Shown: positions 7,171-16,234 of the stretch, piece by piece | Layout: the number at the start of each line of letters is the position of its first letter | Numbering within the stretch: position 1 is the stretch's first letter | Source of the DNA: Candidatus Saccharimonadota bacterium | Lineage (GTDB): Bacteria; Patescibacteriota; Microgenomatia; UBA1406; GWC2-37-13 | Direction of reading: 5' to 3' | Assembly (NCBI GenBank): GCA_016700135.1 | Contig: CP065004.1 | Coordinates: 1,140,001-1,172,000 of the forward strand | DNA: 32,000 nt | Program-made: the position numbers and the translations under genes | The notes under the pieces: model-generated | What the model was told of the DNA's origin: nothing | What the model saw: the letters and a program-made list of their open reading frames with translations, nothing else | Database searches by the model: none

Positions 7171-9321
7171 TTATTTTTTGTTAACAGATTTTTTTGTTTT
7201 TGATTTTACCGCTGATTTCTTTGGTTTAGCGGTTTTTTTCACCGTTTTGTCCGGCTTTTTTTCCGCTGATGCTTTTGCGGGTTTCTCATCAACCTTCAGC
7301 GCCCACTGCACATGTTTACATGTCGGATAATTCTCACAACCATAAAATCGCTTTCCTCCGCGACTGTATCGTATCACCAATCGGCCGTTGCATTGAGGAC
7401 AGTTATATCCGTTTACATATCTCAAATTGGGTTTGATGTATTTGCAGTCAGGATAACCGCTGCAGGCATAGAATTTACCGTATTTTCCGTATCTGGCGAC
7501 AAGGTCCGATCCGCACTTCGGGCATTTTTCTTCAAGTTTATCTTCTGCAACATCAATGGTCCCTGTATCTTTCTTGCGTACATTAAGTTCAGTTTCAAAC
7601 GGAGAATAAAAATGCTTCAATACATCCAGCAGTTTTTTGTCTCCGTTTGCAATATCGTCAAGATCATCTTCCATGTGAGCGGTAAATGTCAGGCCAAAAA
7701 TATCAGGAAACGCTTCTGAAAGATAATTCGAAATACTGCCGCCGAGCGGAGTTGGCTTAAGATATCTGTGTTCTTTCTCGACGTAATGTTTATCAATGAT
7801 CAACGAAATAATACTGGCATAAGTTGAAGGACGGCCGATACCTTTTTCTTCAAGCGTTTTGATCAGAGATGCCTCACTATATCTGTACGGCGGTTTGGTC
7901 TCTTTTTCTTCAATATCCAGTTTTTCCAGTGTGACGTTTTCCGTGTCTGATTTTTTCAATTCGGTCGTGTTGTTCTTGACGAAAGCCGGTGAAAGAACCC
8001 TTAAAAATCCGTCAAATATGACCTGTTGATGAGTTGCTTCAAATTCATATCCTTTACCGCTTGTGATTTTGATTGTGCTTTCTTTGATTTCCGCTTCTTT
8101 CATCTGAGTTGCAAGAGCACGATAATAAATAAGCTCATACAGTTTCTTCTCCTGAATACTCATCTTTTTATTCTTAATTTCACGCGGTGACCGTTCGGCT
8201 TTAGTCGGTCGTATGGCTTCATGAGCTTCCTGCGCATTCTTAGATTTTGTACGGTATCCTCTCGGCTTTTCTAAAGCATATTTTTTGCCGTATGCAGATA
8301 TGATGTAATCTTTTGCCGAAAAAACATATTTGGAAGAAAGATTAAACGAATCGGTACGGTGATAGGTAATAAGTCCTTTTTCATACAATGACTGTGCGAT
8401 CCGCATTGTCAGTTTTGACGGATATCCGAGCTTTCGGAATGCTTCCTGCTGCAGAAGTGATGTTGTAAAGGGGGGCGGCGGATAGCGGTTTGCTATCTTT
8501 TCATCAATTGATGTTATCTTGAATGTATCCCCATTAAGATCTTTTTCAATTTCCTCAGATAATGTCTTGTCTATCGTAGTCTTTATAAATTCATATGAGC
8601 CGTCAAAAAGATCCAGTTTTGTTTTTACCTCATATTCTTTTCCGTCTTTTGCAATAAGTTTTGCTTTAATAGGTTCGGAGTTAATAAAGTTCCCATAGAG
8701 CTGGAAGTAGGGTGATTTATCGAATTTTTCAATCTCTTTCTCGCGTTCTACTATCAGTCTGAGAGCGACAGTCTGTACACGGCCAGCTGAGAGCCAGTTT
8801 TTCCCCATTTTTTTCCAAAGAAGTGGTGACAACTGGTATCCTACGATACGATCAAGAATACGTCGAGCCTGTTGTGCTTTTACCAGATCCTCGCGGAGAT
8901 GCTCGGGGTTTTTCAGAGCTTCTTCAAGAGCTGACGGTGTAATCTCATGGAATACTATACGTTTGAGAGAATCTCTGTTTTTCAAATCAAAGTCAGGCCA
9001 GTTTTCATTTACAAATCCCAAAATATAAGCGACATGATAAGAGATGGATTCTCCTTCACGGTCCGGATCCGTGGCCAGAATAACTTCATTATGTTCCTTT
9101 GCAAGATCCTTGAGCTTTTCGACCATGTTCATCTTTTTTTCCATGATTTCATACTCAGGAGCGAATTCATGACTGAGGTCTACAGCCATTGATTTTGACG
9201 GAAGATCTCTGAAGTGGCCGACGGTTGCGAATACGAAGTAATCGCTTCCCCATTCTTTCGATTTCAAAATTCTGTTAAAGGTTCTTGCTTTTGTCGGTGA
9301 CTCAACAACAATAAGGGCCAT
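7171..9321 (-). CDS. topA: DNA topoisomerase I (type IA) with two C-terminal C4 zinc ribbons and a Lys-rich tail
   Basis: TOPRIM 'LIVVESPTKA' and 'DPDREGE', plus the catalytic Tyr region 'GLITYHRTDS'. Zinc ribbons 'CPKCGS..C..C' and 'CPQCNG..C..C'. The tail is 'KKPDKTVKKTAKPKKSAVKSKTKK'. Confidence 0.95.
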   Translation of the reverse strand: MALIVVESPTKARTFNRILKSKEWGSDYFVFATVGHFRDLPSKSMAVDLSHEFAPEYEIMEKKMNMVEKLKDLAKEHNEVILATDPDREGESISYHVAYILGFVNENWPDFDLKNRDSLKRIVFHEITPSALEEALKNPEHLREDLVKAQQARRILDRIVGYQLSPLLWKKMGKNWLSAGRVQTVALRLIVEREKEIEKFDKSPYFQLYGNFINSEPIKAKLIAKDGKEYEVKTKLDLFDGSYEFIKTTIDKTLSEEIEKDLNGDTFKITSIDEKIANRYPPPPFTTSLLQQEAFRKLGYPSKLTMRIAQSLYEKGLITYHRTDSFNLSSKYVFSAKDYIISAYGKKYALEKPRGYRTKSKNAQEAHEAIRPTKAERSPREIKNKKMSIQEKKLYELIYYRALATQMKEAEIKESTIKITSGKGYEFEATHQQVIFDGFLRVLSPAFVKNNTTELKKSDTENVTLEKLDIEEKETKPPYRYSEASLIKTLEEKGIGRPSTYASIISLIIDKHYVEKEHRYLKPTPLGGSISNYLSEAFPDIFGLTFTAHMEDDLDDIANGDKKLLDVLKHFYSPFETELNVRKKDTGTIDVAEDKLEEKCPKCGSDLVARYGKYGKFYACSGYPDCKYIKPNLRYVNGYNCPQCNGRLVIRYSRGGKRFYGCENYPTCKHVQWALKVDEKPAKASAEKKPDKTVKKTAKPKKSAVKSKTKKSVNKK

Positions 9322-9386
9322 ACAAATTATTTCTCAAACAATTGGTAAAACAGTGCAATAAGCAACAATAACGTAGTATAACAGAT

Positions 9387-9799
9387 TTAAGCTTTTGCCT
9401 TCCTTCTCATTTTTGAAAGGAGTTTCATATCTACCATTGAGCGTCTCAATGTGCTGAGAGCTTCCGTTCGTTCGGCTTTATCTTCTACTTCTTCGAGGAC
9501 TTTCTGTGCGCTTTCGATAGCTCTTTGGGTCATTTCCTCATTGATTTCATCCTGTCCGAATGCTCGGGAAACTAAAATCTGGATAGATTTGCCGTCAGTT
9601 TGCATATATCCTCCTCCGATAGACATGTATTGTTCTTCCTTCTCAGTCCGAATCGTAACGACTCCCTCCTTCAGTAGAGAGAGAAGATCAGAGTGCTTAG
9701 GAAGGATTGTCAGCTCTCCGGCCACTGTCGGCACTGTGATTGACGTCACATCCTTTTCAAAGGCCAGCTTTTTCGGTGTTATGACTTTTAGATGTATCA

Positions 9800-9800
<1 letters not shown>
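9387..9800 (-). CDS. atpC: F1 ATP synthase epsilon subunit
   Basis: 'VPTVAGELTILPKHSDLLSLLKEGVV' plus a C-terminal helical region. Last gene of the atp operon. Shares 1 nt (TAATG) with the atpD stop. Confidence 0.85.
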
Positions 9801-11275
<1,475 letters not shown>

Positions 11276-11301
11276 CTAATTTGTAATAACTATTAATAAA
11301 T

Positions 11302-12183
11302 TTATTGTTTGACGCTCTCTATCGCATTTATCATATCCAACAGTTCATATGTGATTTTTTCCTGTCGGAGTCTGTTTGATAACAGTGTCAATTGGTATAT
11401 CAAATCGGATGCATTGTCTGTCGCGCTCTTCATCGCCATCATACGTGCTGAATGTTCTACTGCTTCGCTGCTGATAAGAGCTCCTCTTATTTTATTTTCG
11501 ATAAAACTCATAAGCAAGCTTTCAAGAATTTCAGTGGGTGATGGTTCAATCAGAATGTCAGTATTTTCAAACTTCTTCTTTTCCTGACCTTCTTCTTTGA
11601 TGTCTTCCTTTACTTCAACGCTGGTCAAAGGCAGAAGTGTCTCTTCAACAACCTGAGATCGCATGGTTGATATAAACTGACTGTAAATGATCGAAATGGA
11701 TTTAAATTTCCCGGTCTGAAACTGTTCAAGCACAAAATCAAAAAGCGGCGATGCCTCAATAATCAGATTGCTTCCTGAAAAATCAGCAAGAATATGGGCA
11801 TCCTGCAATCTGCCGAAAAACTGTGTTCCCTTGCTTCCGACAGTCACAAGCTCGACATCTTTGAAATCCTGGATTGCGGACAAAGCATACCGGAAAATAT
11901 TGACATTGAAAGATCCTGCCAGTCCTTTATTCGATGAGACAACGATTACAAGGCGCTTCTCAGCTTGTGAGACATCAACCTGAAGAAGCTTCGCTTTTGA
12001 CGGATCGACTTTTTTGATAAGTTTGGCAATAAGCTCCGTCAAGCCGTCACGATAAGGCCGGCTTTCTACTTCAAGCTGTTGAGCTTTTCGCATTTTCACC
12101 GCAGATACCATCTGCATAGCTTTGGTGATCTTGCGAACGTTTCTGATCGACTTATTTTTTTTTCTGACTGTTCGGATATTCAT
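11302..12183 (-). CDS. atpG: F1 ATP synthase gamma subunit
   Basis: 'IRNVRKITKAMQMVSAVKMRKAQ' N-terminal helix and 'ITYELLDMI' C-terminal helix. Operon position also fits. Confidence 0.9.
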   Translation of the reverse strand: MNIRTVRKKNKSIRNVRKITKAMQMVSAVKMRKAQQLEVESRPYRDGLTELIAKLIKKVDPSKAKLLQVDVSQAEKRLVIVVSSNKGLAGSFNVNIFRYALSAIQDFKDVELVTVGSKGTQFFGRLQDAHILADFSGSNLIIEASPLFDFVLEQFQTGKFKSISIIYSQFISTMRSQVVEETLLPLTSVEVKEDIKEEGQEKKKFENTDILIEPSPTEILESLLMSFIENKIRGALISSEAVEHSARMMAMKSATDNASDLIYQLTLLSNRLRQEKITYELLDMINAIESVKQ

Positions 12184-12187
12184 ACAA

Positions 12188-12281
12188 ATAGCTTATAGCT
12201 GATAGGGTTTAGGTTATAGGGTGTAATTTACTTATAGAAGTTAGATCTATAAGCTATCAGCTATCCCCTATGACCTATTTC
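12188..12281. repeat. Heptad-repeat array: 5 x ATAGNNN (12188-12222), a central 7-bp-stem hairpin, then 5 x CTATNNN (12247-12281)
   Basis: ATAGCTT ATAGCTG ATAGGGT TTAGGTT ATAGGGT ... CTATAAG CTATCAG CTATCCC CTATGAC CTATTTC. Central hairpin CTTATAG (12231-12237) / CTATAAG (12247-12253). It fills the atpG-atpA spacer. Confidence 0.7.
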
Positions 12282-13783
12282 TCTTCTTCCGGCAAATTGT
12301 CTTTGACGTATGTTTCGAGCTCTTTTTCCATCGCTTCAGAAATTACTCTCTCTTTATTGATTGTTGAAAGAATACTCTTTCCTCTGCCCCTCAAATCAGC
12401 TAAATACTTTGACTCGAATTCCATTACTTTGTTCAGAGGAACATCATCCAGGTAACCTTTGGAACCGGCCCAAATGACAGCGACCTGCTCTGCTAGATTG
12501 TAAGGATTGCTGTTTTTCTGCTTCAGAATTTCAGTCATTTTTGCACCGCGGTTTAGCTGCTTTTTCGTTTCGGGATCAAGATCGGATTCAAACTGTGAGA
12601 ATGCCGAAAGTTCACGATACTGAGCAAGATCAAGTTTCAGCTTGCCGGCTACCTGTTTCATAGCTTTTGTCTGTGCTGAAGACCCCACACGGGAAACTGA
12701 CAGTCCGACATTTACTGCCGGCCGTACGCCTGAATTGAATAAATCAGTTTCTAGAAAGATCTGTCCGTCAGTGATTGAAATTACGTTTGTCGGGATATAT
12801 GCCGAAACGTCGTTTTCCAATGTTTCGATAATCGGGAGTGCCGTGATTGATCCACCTCCGTAATCAGGATGAATACGTGCCGATCTCTCAAGAAGGCGTG
12901 AGTGCAGGAAAAATACGTCGCCGGGATATGCTTCTCGCCCTGCCGGTCTTCGGAGGATGAGTGAAATCTGTCGGTATGCCCATGCATGTTTTGACAAATC
13001 ATCATAAATGACCAGTACATCTTTTCCCTGATCCATAAAGTACTCAGCAACGGCAGTAGCGGCATAAGGTGCCATGTACTGCAGATTGACGGGATCAGCT
13101 GCCGATGCATTGATGACTACGGTGTAATCCATTGCGCCTTTTTGTCGAAGAAGCTCGGTCAGGGTAGCAATCTTTGAGTTTTTCTGGGCAACTGCACAGT
13201 AGACACAGATCACTCCGTTACCTTTCTGGTTCAAAATCGTATCGATGGCAATAGTTGTTTTACCGGTTCCTCGGTCACCGATAATAAGTTCACGCTGTCC
13301 GCGACCGATCGGGATAAGAGCATCAATAGCCTTGATTCCGGTTTGCAGCGGCTCGGAAACTGATTTCCTACGGACAATTCCCGGTGCCGTTCTTTCAATC
13401 GGATAATATGTTTCGGATTTGATATCAACTCCCGCATCCTGTGCTCTCATCAAAGGATCCAAAATGCGACCAAGGACATCATCATTTACAGGGATCGAAA
13501 GAGTAATTCCCGTTCCTTTTGCCGTTTGACCGGCAGTAATACCCAAATAATCTCCAAGAACAATAGCTCCAACAGTGTCTTCAAACAAATCGATGACCAT
13601 TGCACGTTCACCGTTTTCAAATTCAATAAGATCGCCGTATCCTATTTTGTCCAGTCCTGACAAAGTCACGACACCGTCTTTTACCTCGGTTACGGTTCCG
13701 ATCTGTTTCGTTTCAACTTTCATCCCTTCACGGGCTGAAAGCTCTTTTTCAATTTCCTTAATGTATTGGTCAAACTGTTTCAT
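12275..13783 (-). CDS. atpA: F1 ATP synthase alpha subunit
   Basis: Walker A 'GDRGTGKT', 502 aa, conserved throughout. Confidence 0.95.
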   Translation of the reverse strand: MKQFDQYIKEIEKELSAREGMKVETKQIGTVTEVKDGVVTLSGLDKIGYGDLIEFENGERAMVIDLFEDTVGAIVLGDYLGITAGQTAKGTGITLSIPVNDDVLGRILDPLMRAQDAGVDIKSETYYPIERTAPGIVRRKSVSEPLQTGIKAIDALIPIGRGQRELIIGDRGTGKTTIAIDTILNQKGNGVICVYCAVAQKNSKIATLTELLRQKGAMDYTVVINASAADPVNLQYMAPYAATAVAEYFMDQGKDVLVIYDDLSKHAWAYRQISLILRRPAGREAYPGDVFFLHSRLLERSARIHPDYGGGSITALPIIETLENDVSAYIPTNVISITDGQIFLETDLFNSGVRPAVNVGLSVSRVGSSAQTKAMKQVAGKLKLDLAQYRELSAFSQFESDLDPETKKQLNRGAKMTEILKQKNSNPYNLAEQVAVIWAGSKGYLDDVPLNKVMEFESKYLADLRGRGKSILSTINKERVISEAMEKELETYVKDNLPEEEK

Positions 13784-14057
13784 AAAGCGTATGAGCTAAT
13801 GTTTGTAACTCGGTATTAATAGACAAATCAATGACACTAGACCCGAACTGAATAATTACTCCGGCTAAAATCGAAGAATCGACTTCGACCGTAATGTCCG
13901 CTTTCTCAAGAAGATCAATTTTCTTTTTAAGTGTTGATACTTCATCCTGACTTAATTGAAACGGCGCACGTATTATTACCTGCGGTACTTGGTTGTTGTT
14001 CAGTTTTTGGAGAAGATATTTTTTCAGATCTTCTTTTACTGCTGGATCTATATGCAT
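13770..14057 (-). CDS. atpH: ATP synthase delta (OSCP) subunit, short form (95 aa, C-terminal domain only). Start moved to ATG 14057.
   Basis: 'ITVEVDSSILAGVIIQFGSSVIDLSINTELQTL' matches the delta C-terminal domain. The ORF-track N-terminal extension (to 14117) runs into repeat copy 2. Overlaps the atpA start by 14 nt. Confidence 0.7.
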   Translation of the reverse strand: MHIDPAVKEDLKKYLLQKLNNNQVPQVIIRAPFQLSQDEVSTLKKKIDLLEKADITVEVDSSILAGVIIQFGSSVIDLSINTELQTLAHTLYETV

Positions 14058-14088
14058 AATTGATAGTGTTCTAATTGAGAATACTTCC

Positions 14089-14193
14089 GTCATCCCGAAC
14101 TTTGAGCCCCAGCTCATAGTCTTATAGACGAGTTTCTGAATCCCTGAAATTGCAAGGATGATGAAACATCCGCCAGCCTGCGGTCAGGATGAC
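14089..14193. repeat. 105-bp palindromic element with the same terminal inverted repeats, copy 2
   Basis: gtcatcccga at 14089-14098 and tcaggatgac at 14184-14193. Shares the 13-nt string tcaggatgacaaa with copy 1. Lies in the atpF-atpH spacer. Confidence 0.6.
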
Positions 14194-14203
14194 AAAATAC
14201 TCA

Positions 14204-14707
14204 TTAACTTTCAAGTTTGGTTTCAGGTACATTTGAAATAATGTACTTGGTGACCTCTTTTTGAGCATCTGGTGTCAGATACTGCTTCAGAGCTTTTGAA
14301 ACCATCAGTACACTGACATCTGCGATTTGTTTTCGCATATCTTTGTACATTGTTTCACGTTCTTCTTCCATCTGCTCACGTGCTTTTGTGACAATAGCAG
14401 CTGCCTCTTTTTTGGCATCTTCTATCATTTCTCGTCGCACTTCGTCAGCATCTTTTTTAATCTGTTCCATTGCTTTTTCAAGAGCTTTTTTACGCTCGCG
14501 ATCCATTGCTTTATCCTTTTCCTCAAGTTTTGCTTTTCGCTCCTCGAGTTCTTCTGCAAGTTTCTCACGAAGTTCTTCCTGTTCCTTCTGTTTTTTAAGG
14601 AATTTAAGAAGAGGTGTCGAAATAAATTTGCTGAATACAAGATAGAAAATGGCAAAGCTCGCGATCTGGGCAATGATGAGTTTGAGGTCAATGCCTAAAT
14701 TTTCCAT
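14204..14707 (-). CDS. atpF: F0 ATP synthase subunit b
   Basis: Single N-terminal TM helix followed by a long, highly charged (K/E-rich) helix. Operon position fits. Confidence 0.85.
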   Translation of the reverse strand: MENLGIDLKLIIAQIASFAIFYLVFSKFISTPLLKFLKKQKEQEELREKLAEELEERKAKLEEKDKAMDRERKKALEKAMEQIKKDADEVRREMIEDAKKEAAAIVTKAREQMEEERETMYKDMRKQIADVSVLMVSKALKQYLTPDAQKEVTKYIISNVPETKLES

Positions 14708-14721
14708 AATTAATTACCGTA

Positions 14722-14990
<269 letters not shown>

Positions 14991-14994
14991 CAAA

Positions 14995-15915
14995 TTAATG
15001 ATGATGAGCAGTCGCCATATTGATAAAGACGGCAGACAGCATCGTGAATACCAAAGCCTGTACGACTCCGACAAATATTTCCATAAAGAAAATCGGTGTC
15101 ACAAAGAATGACAGAAATACCGGTAAAAGGAACGGAATAATAGTCAAAAGAACTTCTCCTGCAAAAATATTTCCGTAAAGTCGGAAAGCAAACGAGACGA
15201 TGCGTGCAAACTCCTGAATAAGCTCAAGAGGTCCGAGCATAATCATGATCGGGTCACGAAAATCAAAGTATTTCGCAAGGTGTGCTTTCGGTCCAAGGAA
15301 TTTGAATCCGTAGATTTGTGTAACGAAGACTGAAACTAGAGCAAGAGCCAATGTAGTATTCAGATCAGCAGTACCTCCGCGCATAAGCGGGACATAATGC
15401 TTTTCTTCGGCGCTTTCTCCTTCATGTTCTTCCGTCACTTCTTCAGTTGCGGCAGCTGTATTGTCACCTTCCTCTGGAGCCTCATCCGCGTGCTCATCGA
15501 CACCAACTATTTCCTCTTCCAAAACAGGGGAAGCAGCTTCTTCCTCAGGAACAACCAAATCTTCGGTTACTTCCACTTCATGTTTGGGGGGTTCGATTAG
15601 AATCGATCCTACACCGGGAAAAAGACCTGACCAGTTCATCATGAGAATAAAAACAAAGAAGCTGCCGAGAAGAGGAAAAAAATAGTTGATCTTCTTGCCG
15701 AGAACTGATTCAAACAGATTGTATATAGCTACGATAATACCGTGCAGTGCGTAGAAAGCGAGGCTTCTGTCCGATTTTTGTATTTGAGAATAGAAATACC
15801 GGGCAATAAAAAAGAATGCAATAAGGACAATAACAGTCGTGACTATGGTGTTTGTGATCGGGAATCCGAATAATTCGTAAACGACTTCTCCCTTAATACT
15901 AATGTGCGGACTCAT
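14995..15915 (-). CDS. atpB: F0 ATP synthase subunit a, carrying a ~65-aa acidic insertion
   Basis: Conserved 'TADLNTTLALAL' and the essential-Arg motif 'FRLYGNIFAGE'. 306 aa, which is longer than I would expect for this family. Confidence 0.9.
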   Translation of the reverse strand: MSPHISIKGEVVYELFGFPITNTIVTTVIVLIAFFFIARYFYSQIQKSDRSLAFYALHGIIVAIYNLFESVLGKKINYFFPLLGSFFVFILMMNWSGLFPGVGSILIEPPKHEVEVTEDLVVPEEEAASPVLEEEIVGVDEHADEAPEEGDNTAAATEEVTEEHEGESAEEKHYVPLMRGGTADLNTTLALALVSVFVTQIYGFKFLGPKAHLAKYFDFRDPIMIMLGPLELIQEFARIVSFAFRLYGNIFAGEVLLTIIPFLLPVFLSFFVTPIFFMEIFVGVVQALVFTMLSAVFINMATAHHH

Positions 15916-16186
15916 CTTGTTTATAAAGTTTAATTAAATTATAAAAGGATGCAATAACCCCTATAGACATCAATAGTATAGTAAAAAAACCTTTTCTGTC
16001 AAATCTTTTATCAAGCCAAAGACCGATAAAAAAACCTGTCAGAATAGGAATAACAAAATACATCCCCAAATTGAGATACTCAACGGGGATGTTATATTTC
16101 TTCTTTACTTTATCTTCAACCTCTGTTTTTATTACGTTGCCTTCTTTGTCTACAGTAGTAAAAATCTTAGTTTTCTTGGTTGCCAT
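15899..16186 (-). CDS. AtpZ/AtpI-family small membrane protein encoded at the head of the atp operon. Start moved to ATG 16186.
   Basis: Two TM helices, 'GMYFVIPILTGFFIGLWLDKRF' and 'FFTILLMSIGVIASFYNLIKL', are typical of AtpZ/AtpI. A TATAAT box lies 7 nt upstream of ATG 16186. Confidence 0.65.
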   Translation of the reverse strand: MATKKTKIFTTVDKEGNVIKTEVEDKVKKKYNIPVEYLNLGMYFVIPILTGFFIGLWLDKRFDRKGFFTILLMSIGVIASFYNLIKLYKQDESAH

Positions 16187-16193
16187 TGTAGCA

Positions 16194-16199
16194 ATTATA
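16194..16199 (-). promoter_or_regulatory. -10 box TATAAT, 7 nt upstream of the atpZ ATG (candidate atp operon promoter)
   Basis: Plus strand reads attata at 16194-16199. No convincing -35. Confidence 0.45.
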
Positions 16200-16234
16200 C
16201 ATATGAACTGCAAACATATTGGATATGCATCAAT

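Noticed and set aside
12188-12281. Heptad array or the 10-mer tandem at 14971-14990 as a CRISPR array
   Set aside because: The units are only 7-10 bp, have no spacers of unique sequence, and no cas genes are present.
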